A DNA stretch of 59,482 nt from the IMG/VR virus record IMGVR_UViG_3300042549_002361, positions 1 through 59,482 of that record. One strand, given 5' to 3'. The stretch comes from a virus (Duplodnaviria; Caudoviricetes). Each line of letters begins with the position of its first letter. Position 1 is the stretch's first letter. Below the pieces are notes generated by a model. That model had not been told where the DNA came from, made no database searches, and saw only the letters and a program-made list of their open reading frames with translations. The position numbers and the translations under genes are program-made. Of this stretch, positions 37,553 through 47,305 are shown piece by piece.

Positions 37553-38936
37553 CTCTACGCATCCACCAATTGTACAATTCAGCATCTGCTGCATATATGT
37601 TTTCGATGCGTAAGGGCTGATCGGGACGTATATCAGCAATCTTATCCTGCCAGTTGCGTCCTTTAAAAAACGATTCTTCTGCTTGATCGGGCCACTGTTC
37701 TTGAAATGTGGGTGTTACCAGCATGTTCTCTAATTCACGTATTAGAGTCTGTTGTTTGTGTGTGGCTCTAGGTACAATGTAATCTAAATTATCTTTAATA
37801 ATACGATCTAAAATGTGTCGTGGCCATGCCATAGGACTAAACACAATATCAGGATGGAACGCAAACATACGTTTAGTTTCAATCTTAACGTCTAATTCTA
37901 GTGCATAGTCAAAGAAACGCTTTAGATCAAACATACCAGGACCAGTTAGTGTAAGGTCCATAAGCATACGATCCTTGCCACCCGGAAGTGCAACACCTTC
38001 GCGGAAATTTTGGTCCCACTGGTCCCACTTAAGGCCTGTTCGAATAAACTCACCAATCTTGCCGGTGCCATCAATGCTAGCACACATAGTCCAATCTTTG
38101 GCTTTAGGCAACCAATCGTACAAATAATGATTATTAAACCGTATACGACTTAAATTGCTGTTATAACGTAAGTGTACATTCTTTAGATTGTCGTCTTGTG
38201 CAAGTCTGTCCATTGCACGCCAGTGAATATCATACATCAATGGCTCGCCGCCTACCCAATATATTTCTTCTACTACACCACTACAGATAGCAGCCCAGAA
38301 CTCCTCCTCTACAACTTCTTTTTGGAATCGGTCAATGATTGCCTTATTCTCCGGGACCATAAAGGGTTGATTGGCTGAGTTCCATAATCCATGCTTTCGT
38401 TTTTCTGCTTCCCAGCTCGACGAAAGAGGCTCACCACACGTACGACACTTAAAATTGCATAAATTACTGACCCTATAGTCAAAGCTAATAGGAACCATAC
38501 TAGTACGTCCATCATCATCTGTCTCCTCAAATGCTTGTTCTATTTTATCTTTAAATAAAAATCCTGTAAACCATTGGCGGTAAGTGCTTTGACTTAAAAT
38601 GCTATCATTACATACTGCACACTGTGGTATTGTTTCCCCAGCCATTAGCTTCTTACGAATATCCATCATATAAGGACTGTTCCAATGTTCGTCTAGGCTA
38701 ACGGGTTTGTAATCGTCAATGGTGCCCACTTCCTTGTACTTGCCAGTGCTTTTATCATTACTAGCATCAATGTATTGGCGCTGCATCATATGTTCTTCGC
38801 GACTGGCGCAACACATACGGCGTTCACTTTGCGGACTAATATATGTATGTGTCCACGGCGCCATGCAGAATGTTCTGTTAGGCGACTCGGGGCTCATTTG
38901 TCCATGTTCCCAAATTGGTTTAATTTTGTTTGTCAT
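37539..38936 (-). CDS. Radical SAM protein with N-terminal twitch/SPASM-like domain
   Basis: CMAPW..MCC..CAVC; CNFKCRTC; GGEP. Confidence 0.9.
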   Translation of the reverse strand: MTNKIKPIWEHGQMSPESPNRTFCMAPWTHTYISPQSERRMCCASREEHMMQRQYIDASNDKSTGKYKEVGTIDDYKPVSLDEHWNSPYMMDIRKKLMAGETIPQCAVCNDSILSQSTYRQWFTGFLFKDKIEQAFEETDDDGRTSMVPISFDYRVSNLCNFKCRTCGEPLSSSWEAEKRKHGLWNSANQPFMVPENKAIIDRFQKEVVEEEFWAAICSGVVEEIYWVGGEPLMYDIHWRAMDRLAQDDNLKNVHLRYNSNLSRIRFNNHYLYDWLPKAKDWTMCASIDGTGKIGEFIRTGLKWDQWDQNFREGVALPGGKDRMLMDLTLTGPGMFDLKRFFDYALELDVKIETKRMFAFHPDIVFSPMAWPRHILDRIIKDNLDYIVPRATHKQQTLIRELENMLVTPTFQEQWPDQAEESFFKGRNWQDKIADIRPDQPLRIENIYAADAELYNWWMRRDVSK

Positions 38937-39154
38937 ATCTTATATATATCTATTACACCATAGTGGTCCATTGTGGCCACTGTTATTTTATGTCGCTTAA
39001 TTACTGCAAACACTAGATCAATCATTATATGACTGTTACCGCAGATTATTTTTAGTGGCAACAAATGTTGATTCATAAAAATAAAATTTTCTACTAAGCG
39101 ATCAACTTCATGATGTCTAATGCCGTGTAAATCAAGTGTGCTTTTTAAATTCAT
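38933..39154 (-). CDS. Stand-alone Smr-like domain protein
   Basis: TLDLHG..H.EV..LVENFI...KIICGNS. Confidence 0.65.
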   Translation of the reverse strand: MNLKSTLDLHGIRHHEVDRLVENFIFMNQHLLPLKIICGNSHIMIDLVFAVIKRHKITVATMDHYGVIDIYKI

Positions 39155-39155
39155 A

Positions 39156-39809
39156 TTAGCCTTTTTCAAAAACCATCATAACGCAATGTTTTTTAGATGG
39201 GTGACTAATAAAATTTAACTTATTATAATCAATATGTGTTATGCATCTATACCCAACGGATTCTAATATTTTTATATATGTTTTATCGTTGATACCGATA
39301 CACCAAGGTACCATAATTTCTGTGTCTTTATCTGTTTGCGAATTACCATTATCGTTAATTAATTCTCGCTCAATTGTTATATCAATCGAGCCCGATGTAC
39401 TTTCAATAATTATATAAGTAGGCTTGCTCTTGTTAACAATTTTTTCTATTAAATCTAACGGACTTGATAAATGGTACAATAGACCCATGCATATTACTAC
39501 ATCAAACGTAGAATTTGATACGTTATAAAAATCATTTGCAGTCATAGGAAAAAATGTTACATTCTTAAAATCTGTAGCTAACTCATTTAAGCTATCTTTA
39601 AAGAAATCATCAGGTTCAACACAAACAAGAGAAGTTGGGTTATATTTAATAACAAGTCTAGAATGCCAAGAATCATTAGCAGCAAATTCTAGTACTGTTC
39701 TGTCATTGCATATAGAAAATATTTCTTTGCTATCCAAAAAGTTAATGTAAGTTTTCCACTCATCATCAACATTAGCCCATGCATAATTATATCTATCACC
39801 CATTTGCAA
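39156..39809 (-). CDS. Class I SAM-dependent methyltransferase
   Basis: TVLEFAA, CVEP, FDVVICMGLLYHL. Confidence 0.8.
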   Translation of the reverse strand: MQMGDRYNYAWANVDDEWKTYINFLDSKEIFSICNDRTVLEFAANDSWHSRLVIKYNPTSLVCVEPDDFFKDSLNELATDFKNVTFFPMTANDFYNVSNSTFDVVICMGLLYHLSSPLDLIEKIVNKSKPTYIIIESTSGSIDITIERELINDNGNSQTDKDTEIMVPWCIGINDKTYIKILESVGYRCITHIDYNKLNFISHPSKKHCVMMVFEKG

Positions 39810-40533
39810 TCTCTAGTATTTCTAAATTCTTATAATAATCATAAAACTGTTGTGGCGTAAGTATTGATGCATTATCACTGTCTTCATCACCTAAATACTT
39901 TTCAATAAATTCTACACCTTTGTATGCTACTGCTACACTAGGAAATATTCCTGCATCTTTACTTTCGTATCCAACGCGATACTTCTGCAATAGCAATTTA
40001 TCAATAGTTGATAAGTCCATTTCTACTAGTTTAGGAGGAAAATCATCTGTTGTGTAATACACTGTTACTTTATGTTTCTGCGGAAATAAAATATTAGCAT
40101 CGTTTAGGTGTTTGTAATTAAAAATAATTTTACTAAAATTATCTTTACAATAGCGACTAAGTTCATAAATATTTATTGCGCTGTTATGTAATTTTACAGT
40201 TGTAGCGTTGCAATACTCTTTAACGAATTCTGCTGCCGTACTGTCAGTTACACTCCATATTACTGGAATACCAATTTGATCTGCAAGTTTAGTAACACGT
40301 ACAGCAGTCTCCTTATCAAGCTCACTTCTTTTAGCTACTTCTATATAAGGCAAATGCCCCCAGCGGCTGGGTATTGAAACATATTTCTTTTCTTCGGGTA
40401 TAAGCAAACTAGGCGTGCTTTTAGTAATAACAACAGCATCAGCATTACACTGTGCTGCTGCTATTAGCCGCGTTTCCAGGACACTAATATCATTTTCGTG
40501 CCCTACTCCTATATTTGCGTATAGCTTAACCAT
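39796..40533 (-). CDS. Divergent NeuB/SpsE (nonulosonate synthase)-like protein
   Basis: ANIGVGH, AAAQCNADAV, GIPVIWSV.D, VGYES, AVAYKGVEFIEKY; no SAF domain. Confidence 0.6.
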   Translation of the reverse strand: MVKLYANIGVGHENDISVLETRLIAAAQCNADAVVITKSTPSLLIPEEKKYVSIPSRWGHLPYIEVAKRSELDKETAVRVTKLADQIGIPVIWSVTDSTAAEFVKEYCNATTVKLHNSAINIYELSRYCKDNFSKIIFNYKHLNDANILFPQKHKVTVYYTTDDFPPKLVEMDLSTIDKLLLQKYRVGYESKDAGIFPSVAVAYKGVEFIEKYLGDEDSDNASILTPQQFYDYYKNLEILEIANG

Positions 40534-42184
40534 CGCCCTCTACGCCGCCTAAGCCGTCTGAGTCGGTGTCCCACCCAATACTACTGCCGCCAATTTTTTT
40601 AAGTACTTCAGCACGGGCCTCAGGATCTAACGGACTGTCGTACCAGTCAACACTTTCTCCTGTTTTACGTTGGCGGATTCCCTGGACAACTACTTCACCA
40701 TCTTCACTTACGGTACGATGTGCATAGATACTAGAGTCTTTGGGCTGTTGAATATCCTTTTCAGGTTTGTCGAGAGGAATCACGTTAATGCCATCATAGT
40801 ACTCAACAAAGTCTGGGAACGTTTCGCGGAAGTTTTTACCTCGGCGAGCGTCATATTGCTCGTAGAATACTTTAAAGTCATGCTCAAGTAATGCACGATC
40901 CGCAGTGTTGCGGTGTGGAGTCTTAACAACGTCTAAATATTCAATTAGACGACTAACTTGATCCTGTTCCCAAGGTTGAACTAACTGCAAACCATTTGCA
41001 TCACGCTCATCTTTTTCGCGCACGTTGTTGAGCCACTCAAAAATCTCATCGTGATATTTTTTACGTAACTCGTCTGGTAGCGTTAGCGGACTTTGGAAGC
41101 TGGGGAATCGTAGAATGTTACACGTAAATCCAGGACGATTGTGTCCATATTTACGTTTCATTTCTAGCATCCAGTTAAAGAAATCTACGATACTATGCAA
41201 ACACAATGAATTAATTGTCATCATCATATGTAAGCCTTCGATACGTGCTTCGCTGCAAATACGCTCAAAGTTATGCTTCCATTCTTCCCAGTTTAGGCCA
41301 TCACGAATATATTCAGCTTGCGGTCCAACAGACTCACAACTAGTGTACAAGTGAAAACGTGGAATATGCTGTGTACCGTCAATTAACTTGTCTATAAGTT
41401 CTTTCTTAGAACCTAAATTACTGTTAATAGCAAGACGCATCTTTTGCGCTTGCGGTGTGTCAGCATTTTCTTTGAACCAATCAAACAGCTTGTATATGTC
41501 TGGAGTCATTGTGGGTTCGCCGCCAGTAACACGAATTTCTTCTAGCTCCTTGGACAGCTCCGGCCACCAGCGCCAGAACGCATCTACATATGGATTGAAT
41601 TCTTCTCTAGTAAAAGGCTCTGCATACGGAGCGTCGTCAATAAAGTGACCTCTAGCATCACTACGAATATTTTGATAGCCGCCGTTGTTACGAATGTCTT
41701 TGACCCATGTGCTGGAGAAAGCAGGATTGCAGTATGAACAAGCAAACTGACATGTACGGTTAAATGCAATTTCAAGTGTTTTTAAATTAACATCTTCGTT
41801 TGGATTCAGCTTTGCGATCTTCTTAAGGTCTTCGTCGTCGTAGATAACAGTCTTATAGGTACGATCACTTACAGGCTCGTTGCCGTCAGCATCCTTGCCC
41901 ATGTCCTCAATCTTCCAGCAGTATTCACATTCCTTAGGACGCTTGCCTTCCTGCATCATTTCACGCATTTTCTTTTTGTGCTTAGTGTTATGAATTGCGC
42001 TAGGATTGTCCTTAAGTTCAGCAATATCAATGTTATGCGCGGGCGGGTGATGGCAGCTAGTAGTACCACCATGTCCTAACCAAATAGTAGCATTGTACCA
42101 CTTAGCTGCACAGAAAGATTCACTCACAGAGTCAATCATTCTCTTTTTAAATTCTCTGTGGCTTTCGCCCTGCTTACGTCCCAT
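40526..42184 (-). CDS. Radical SAM protein with N-terminal twitch-like domain (CxAKW/SCHHP subtype)
   Basis: CAAKW..SCHHPPAH..CEYC; CQFACSYC; TGGEP. Confidence 0.9.
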   Translation of the reverse strand: MGRKQGESHREFKKRMIDSVSESFCAAKWYNATIWLGHGGTTSCHHPPAHNIDIAELKDNPSAIHNTKHKKKMREMMQEGKRPKECEYCWKIEDMGKDADGNEPVSDRTYKTVIYDDEDLKKIAKLNPNEDVNLKTLEIAFNRTCQFACSYCNPAFSSTWVKDIRNNGGYQNIRSDARGHFIDDAPYAEPFTREEFNPYVDAFWRWWPELSKELEEIRVTGGEPTMTPDIYKLFDWFKENADTPQAQKMRLAINSNLGSKKELIDKLIDGTQHIPRFHLYTSCESVGPQAEYIRDGLNWEEWKHNFERICSEARIEGLHMMMTINSLCLHSIVDFFNWMLEMKRKYGHNRPGFTCNILRFPSFQSPLTLPDELRKKYHDEIFEWLNNVREKDERDANGLQLVQPWEQDQVSRLIEYLDVVKTPHRNTADRALLEHDFKVFYEQYDARRGKNFRETFPDFVEYYDGINVIPLDKPEKDIQQPKDSSIYAHRTVSEDGEVVVQGIRQRKTGESVDWYDSPLDPEARAEVLKKIGGSSIGWDTDSDGLGGVEGDG

Positions 42185-42909
42185 TATTTGTCCTCTTCAA
42201 TGATATTTCTTAACCGTGGCATTAAATGTGTACGAGCCCAAACGGGCGTCGCCGATATTTGATTTGGATGCATATCGTCTGCTAGCGGTAGATTTTGTTT
42301 AACGCACCAATCTAGCATCCCATACTCAATAAACTGTACCTTATCTTTATTTAACAAGTGTTGTAGCATTGGCCTGTCTTTCTCCGCTACCGCTTGCTCC
42401 CAGCCTAATGTGCATAGTACATTATGGCCGGCGGCTGCTAGTAATACAATATGCGCTACTGTTTCTTGTAGTACTACTTCTGCTATACTCTGTAACCCGT
42501 AAGGGTCAACAATTTCACGCTCAAACGAGTTTGCATCCTGACATAACATAACCGAAAGTTTTTCTTTGTCAAAGACATTTGGCAATTGTTTTTGATATTG
42601 ACATAATGGATCTGTGGATTTGTCCTTAAGGTTTTGTATCATGTTTATAGGACCAATCTGTATTTCAGGTGTTAACACTGTATTGAATCTCGATACAGCA
42701 TTAATTTCCCAAAAGAAAATGTCATCGCTGCCATATTCGTCTGACAACAAATAGTGTTGGAGTAGCAGTACCTGTGTACGATTGTTACCAGCGCCGACTG
42801 CAAGATTGTGATACCCTAAGTTTAACTCCTGGCAAAGTTGTCTAGCCCACGAAAACTCGAGATTATCAGCAGTAAGACTATCGCCTAGAAAAACAATCTT
42901 TCTCATCAT
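42184..42909 (-). CDS. SGNH/GDSL-like protein
   Basis: FLGDSLT, NLAVGAGNN, DMHP. Confidence 0.7.
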   Translation of the reverse strand: MMRKIVFLGDSLTADNLEFSWARQLCQELNLGYHNLAVGAGNNRTQVLLLQHYLLSDEYGSDDIFFWEINAVSRFNTVLTPEIQIGPINMIQNLKDKSTDPLCQYQKQLPNVFDKEKLSVMLCQDANSFEREIVDPYGLQSIAEVVLQETVAHIVLLAAAGHNVLCTLGWEQAVAEKDRPMLQHLLNKDKVQFIEYGMLDWCVKQNLPLADDMHPNQISATPVWARTHLMPRLRNIIEEDK

Positions 42910-44444
42910 TCCACCAATGCTTCAGCTTCTTGGCAAATTTGCCACCAGTCTTCCATTTCCGGAAACACTGATAAAAAGTCTGTGTCTCTACGCTGATCAT
43001 GTTGCGTAAAGAACTTGTAAAAATTAGCTCTCGCTTTTAGTACTTCTTCTTCACTTAACTTACTGCCCGCTTTCATCCATTCTAGGTTACGACGTGCTTT
43101 ATCTATTTCAAAGTCCTTAAAGCCTCTATAGTCTATATACTGTTCGTTGGCAGCATTAAGTTCCATAAAAGCAATAGCTTCTTCTAAGTAGTCTTGATAC
43201 CATTCGGGCATTACTTGTATGCATTGCCAGTGTGGTGCTCGCAGTAGCGGAATGTCAAACCAAATACGTTGCTTTGGTTTAATTTCATAATCCGGGTGCT
43301 TGTGATCACCGTTGTCCGGTATTGGTATGTATTTAACGCCCTGCCGATCCTTGGCGAACTCTTCTCGGAGCTCTAAGATAAACTGCAACCATTCACGGAA
43401 GCTGGTCAAGCTAAGAGCATTAAATGTATTAATAAATGTGATAGTAGTGTTGTCTGTTTCACGTAACACACGCAACACATTATTCTTTAGCATTTCAAAG
43501 TCCATGCCATTACGCATGTACTCTGCTTGTTTACCAAAACCGTCACAGCTAACAAACACAGCAAAGTTCTTACAAGCCGGTGCTACATACCAGTTGTTTC
43601 CACTGTTTGGATTAAACTTCTGTGGATCTTCCCAAATTTGAATCTGTTCTAAATGCTGTAGCGATTCAATAAACTTGTCCATTAGCTGTGGCTTAGGCGG
43701 ACACATGTTTGATGTCACACTCATCTCTAACCATGCGTTAGGATTATTGCGTACATAGTCAAGTACCTTAAATGTGTTTACGTCCATTAGTGGCTCACCG
43801 CCGGTCATACGAAACACTTCTAGACTTTTATACAGTTCAGGCCACCACTTCCAGAATGCTTCTACATACGGATTCTCATCTTGTGCTACACGTAAGGGCA
43901 TTAGGCCTGCGCGAGCTAAACTTTCTGTGTTGTTATGCTCGCCGCCTACGATTTGATACGGTCCATAGTCTTTGACCTCTTGATGCCAGCTGGTGCTTAG
44001 ATGCGGACTGCAATAGCTACACTTGAAGTTGCAGGCTTGGTTAAAGTTTACTTCCACATAACGTGGATTAATGTTGCCTTCCCACCCAGCTGCCTTAATA
44101 TCTTCTTTGGCGTTTTGCGCCCAATATTCACCACTGCGATAAATGCGATCACTGCGGCCACCTACATCTTCAATCCGCCAGCAATAGCTGCACCCAGCTG
44201 GACGTTTTCCTTCCAGCATATCCTTACGCTGTTCTTTTTTCTCAGAGGTATTGTGCAGTGCGCTAGGATTAACAGCTAGTTCTTCTAGGTCAATTTTATG
44301 AGTAGGTGGGTGATAGCAACTATGTGTCATGCCATTAGTAAGATGCATAGATACTTGCGCCCATTTTGCATAACACATAGTGGAACTGATAGCATCTAAT
44401 TCTTTTTGAGCAGCATCGGCCGCAGTTTCATAATGACTACTCAT
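42906..44444 (-). CDS. Radical SAM protein with N-terminal twitch-like domain (CxAKW/SCYHP subtype)
   Basis: CYAKW..SCYHPPTH..CSYC; CNFKCSYC; TGGEP. Confidence 0.9.
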   Translation of the reverse strand: MSSHYETAADAAQKELDAISSTMCYAKWAQVSMHLTNGMTHSCYHPPTHKIDLEELAVNPSALHNTSEKKEQRKDMLEGKRPAGCSYCWRIEDVGGRSDRIYRSGEYWAQNAKEDIKAAGWEGNINPRYVEVNFNQACNFKCSYCSPHLSTSWHQEVKDYGPYQIVGGEHNNTESLARAGLMPLRVAQDENPYVEAFWKWWPELYKSLEVFRMTGGEPLMDVNTFKVLDYVRNNPNAWLEMSVTSNMCPPKPQLMDKFIESLQHLEQIQIWEDPQKFNPNSGNNWYVAPACKNFAVFVSCDGFGKQAEYMRNGMDFEMLKNNVLRVLRETDNTTITFINTFNALSLTSFREWLQFILELREEFAKDRQGVKYIPIPDNGDHKHPDYEIKPKQRIWFDIPLLRAPHWQCIQVMPEWYQDYLEEAIAFMELNAANEQYIDYRGFKDFEIDKARRNLEWMKAGSKLSEEEVLKARANFYKFFTQHDQRRDTDFLSVFPEMEDWWQICQEAEALVE

Positions 44445-45097
44445 AGCTTATCGTAATACCAACCGTTATCCATAAATTTAATATGCTGTTGCCAGTCCAT
44501 AACTACTTTATGCATATATTCGCCCTCAACAACTGACCAAATTTGGTTATCGTCAAACCCATCTTTTAAAAGATGGCTAGCAACAAGTTTAGCATATTTT
44601 TTCTTTGTTGTCAAGCTCATATTACTTACACAACAACCAGCAACTGTTAATCCTTTATCTTTACCACCTATTGTAAAAATTAACTGTTGTTCTGAACCTC
44701 GTAATAATCTATATAAAATAGTATCAGGAAAAGCAGATCTATCATACGCTATACTACTAGTAGAAAACACAAATGTCCCGCTCATTTTATCTTCTAGGTA
44801 TTTTAACAGTAATAGTTTAAACCAAAAGCCAACTTTCCAAGTATTTATGAACGTATCATATGTTTCTTTTTGCTCTGCTAAAGGTTTGGTATAATCAAAG
44901 TCCTGACTTTGGATATTTGCATTAAAGAACACTCGATCAGGCAATTCGTTAGTGTTAATAGAATTAATAAATTCTTCGGGTTTACTATAATCTACATTGT
45001 GCCGGCCAAACTTAATTACCTCATGACCTGCTGACGCTAAATCTTCTATAATGTATGATGCATATTCTGACGATGCTCCAAAGAACCAATATCTCAT
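44441..45097 (-). CDS. Divergent SDR/Rossmann-fold protein
   Basis: FFGASS...GHEVI..GR, FFNA, FVFSTSS, Y; lacks a clean YxxxK. Confidence 0.5.
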   Translation of the reverse strand: MRYWFFGASSEYASYIIEDLASAGHEVIKFGRHNVDYSKPEEFINSINTNELPDRVFFNANIQSQDFDYTKPLAEQKETYDTFINTWKVGFWFKLLLLKYLEDKMSGTFVFSTSSIAYDRSAFPDTILYRLLRGSEQQLIFTIGGKDKGLTVAGCCVSNMSLTTKKKYAKLVASHLLKDGFDDNQIWSVVEGEYMHKVVMDWQQHIKFMDNGWYYDKL

Positions 45098-45098
45098 A

Positions 45099-45650
45099 TC
45101 AATTTTTAATCCTATCAAACATCATCGAAATAGAAAATCTATCTTTTTTCTCTTTTTTGTTTAATCCTACGCTGTGAAAACTGTTGTTCGAAACTTTAAA
45201 TAGTAAAAGTTGATTAGATTTTCCGCCTACTTCAATTGGATCACTGCCAATTATGTCTGAATGAAATGTTGTACCGCAAATATCATCTAAGTACAACACA
45301 CCTCTTATAGGTACTGTTTCCCAGTGATTATCGATGTGTGTCGGAAATATATTATCAGCTGGCAGTATAGAGGCACTGCATTTATTTTCTAAACACTTTT
45401 CATTCCATGTAGTATTAATGGCTGTTAATATTAGTTGTTCATTCTCTCTAAGTACTCCCATTAGTGGATGATAAGAAAGTGAGAAATGATACTCTAACGA
45501 ATTATCAGTAATTGTGTAGTTTGGTAGAAAAAATTCATTATGTGATTTATCAAATAATACATCATCAAAAAAGTCGTTGATCAAAATGTATTCTATGCTA
45601 TGGCATAGCTTAACATTTTCTCGACAAATTTGATCAATTTTTGATAACAT
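45099..45650 (-). CDS. 2OG-Fe(II) oxygenase-like protein
   Basis: HID...GVLYL...GT...FHSV...RFS. Confidence 0.65.
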   Translation of the reverse strand: MLSKIDQICRENVKLCHSIEYILINDFFDDVLFDKSHNEFFLPNYTITDNSLEYHFSLSYHPLMGVLRENEQLILTAINTTWNEKCLENKCSASILPADNIFPTHIDNHWETVPIRGVLYLDDICGTTFHSDIIGSDPIEVGGKSNQLLLFKVSNNSFHSVGLNKKEKKDRFSISMMFDRIKN

Positions 45651-46645
45651 TAAAGGAGACCCTTTTCTAACAATTCTTGAATCTGCTGTTCACGAATCAT
45701 TACACCCCAACGCCGCGGATTCACATACGTCTTTTTAAAGAACTTGCACATCTGTGGGTCTGGATTAAACAGCATCATTTCGTTAATGCTTTCATTAAGT
45801 TCTTTACCTAGATCGCACACAGTATCATACAACATTTCGTTGTTCCATGCAACCTTTGTATAGCGGCAAACTGTGTCACCTGGAAACTGTGTTACAATTT
45901 CTTTATTGAAGTAATCTTTAAACCACTCGTAATCGGATATTAAATTTGTATCCCAATCTGTTAGTACACTTAGCTTACAACCTAAACGTGCGCCATATAT
46001 AGCCCATAGACCATTTTCAACATCGCTGCCAATGTTGCACCATGTTTGTAGTCTGTTATAGTTGCCCCACCAGATCTTATCCTTAAATTCATCAGCACGA
46101 ACACGCCTGCCTTGATCAAGGCTCATCTTTACGCCTTCTCTAAAGCCTGCGCGGAATGCCTGAAATGGACTGGCTGTTTGATGTACTTCACTGAATGTAT
46201 CGTTAAGCTGAATGTAGTTTAGCTTCCAGCAGAACTCCATACCTTCGCCATCGCCTGCTGCTTCGTGTGTTTGCATCTGTAGTGCGTACTCTTTGGGCCA
46301 GCACTTTAGCCCGCCATTACCGTATACAAGACCGTTAAGCAAGTTCTTAGCGTTCCAGCTAAAGATGCTTTCGCTGATATTGTTACCATCATGATCAGTA
46401 TCGGGTACATCAAGTACCTGCTCAAAGAAGTCATCCATAACGATGTTGTCACCGTCTACAGTAATAAAACGTTCGGTTTCACTTTGGCGGGCGCACTCTT
46501 TATGGGCAGCATCAAATCCCTTGACACCGTGTACACGTTTTGCCCATGGCACTTTGTTTAATAGATCGGCCCAGTTTTCTTCGGCATTGGGCTCATCATA
46601 AGAGATATAGAAGATGTCTAATTCGGTAACATCGATTTTTGCCAT
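45650..46645 (-). CDS. GT-A-like glycosyltransferase
   Basis: DIFYISYDEPNAE, RVHGVKG..AAH, VDGDN (DxD), GLVYGNGGLK, AFRAGFREGVK. Confidence 0.7.
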   Translation of the reverse strand: MAKIDVTELDIFYISYDEPNAEENWADLLNKVPWAKRVHGVKGFDAAHKECARQSETERFITVDGDNIVMDDFFEQVLDVPDTDHDGNNISESIFSWNAKNLLNGLVYGNGGLKCWPKEYALQMQTHEAAGDGEGMEFCWKLNYIQLNDTFSEVHQTASPFQAFRAGFREGVKMSLDQGRRVRADEFKDKIWWGNYNRLQTWCNIGSDVENGLWAIYGARLGCKLSVLTDWDTNLISDYEWFKDYFNKEIVTQFPGDTVCRYTKVAWNNEMLYDTVCDLGKELNESINEMMLFNPDPQMCKFFKKTYVNPRRWGVMIREQQIQELLEKGLL

Positions 46646-46660
46646 ATGTATGTCCTGTGA

Positions 46661-47305
46661 TTAAGTACGTACATATTTATCAAAGGCTTTTACGGTGTAT
46701 ATACTAGTTTGAGTTAGATCTATTGTTGTGTTAATAGTGACTGCATTTTCTAGTAATCGTTTTAAAGAAATGTATTCACTGTGAATCATTATATGAGGAT
46801 TATTCGGCGCAGTAAAGTAGAATTTAAGTACCTTTTGTCCGTTAACTGTAGCCGATAGTGGGTCAATACTAGAATACTTTTCTATCGTACTTTTAGATAG
46901 CGTTACTGTAAATGCCGTCTCAGTTAAGTTACACATGCAATCATAGTTAGTTGAACTATTATCTATTAGAAGTAAAGAATTATTTTCAGCTGAAACTACT
47001 ACGCTTTCCAGTGGCCTCGATTCTATACTATAAAGATTATCTACTAGCGGATCAGTCTTAACATAAAACAAATTCCAATTATTATTTTCTAAAATTTCTA
47101 CCTGCTCATTACTGAATTCTTTGACCTGCCACCCCTCTTTAAGCGGCATATCCTCTTTGCTTACCGAAACAATCGTCCCGTCAGATAAAAAATACACCTT
47201 TGGCTGTTTAGCTAATTCCTGCCTAATGAGGCCTGCAAGGCCGCCAGCGGCTTCTTTGGCCGCTTGAAATCTTAAACGTCGCTCTTCTGCTTCTTTAGAT
47301 ACCAT
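46661..47305 (-). CDS. Hypothetical protein
   Basis: 214 aa ORF in the operon. Confidence 0.65.
   Translation of the reverse strand: MVSKEAEERRLRFQAAKEAAGGLAGLIRQELAKQPKVYFLSDGTIVSVSKEDMPLKEGWQVKEFSNEQVEILENNNWNLFYVKTDPLVDNLYSIESRPLESVVVSAENNSLLLIDNSSTNYDCMCNLTETAFTVTLSKSTIEKYSSIDPLSATVNGQKVLKFYFTAPNNPHIMIHSEYISLKRLLENAVTINTTIDLTQTSIYTVKAFDKYVRT
46674..46681 (-). promoter_or_regulatory. T4-late-like promoter motif GATAAATA
   Basis: 28 nt upstream of ATG 46645, inside the end of the upstream gene. Confidence 0.45.

Noticed and set aside
28014-44444. RiPP cluster with radical SAM/SPASM peptide maturases
   Set aside because: No RRE/PqqD domain, peptidase, transporter or Cys/Trp-rich precursor seen, and the context is sugar enzymes; kept only as a minor alternative for the DPFIY peptide
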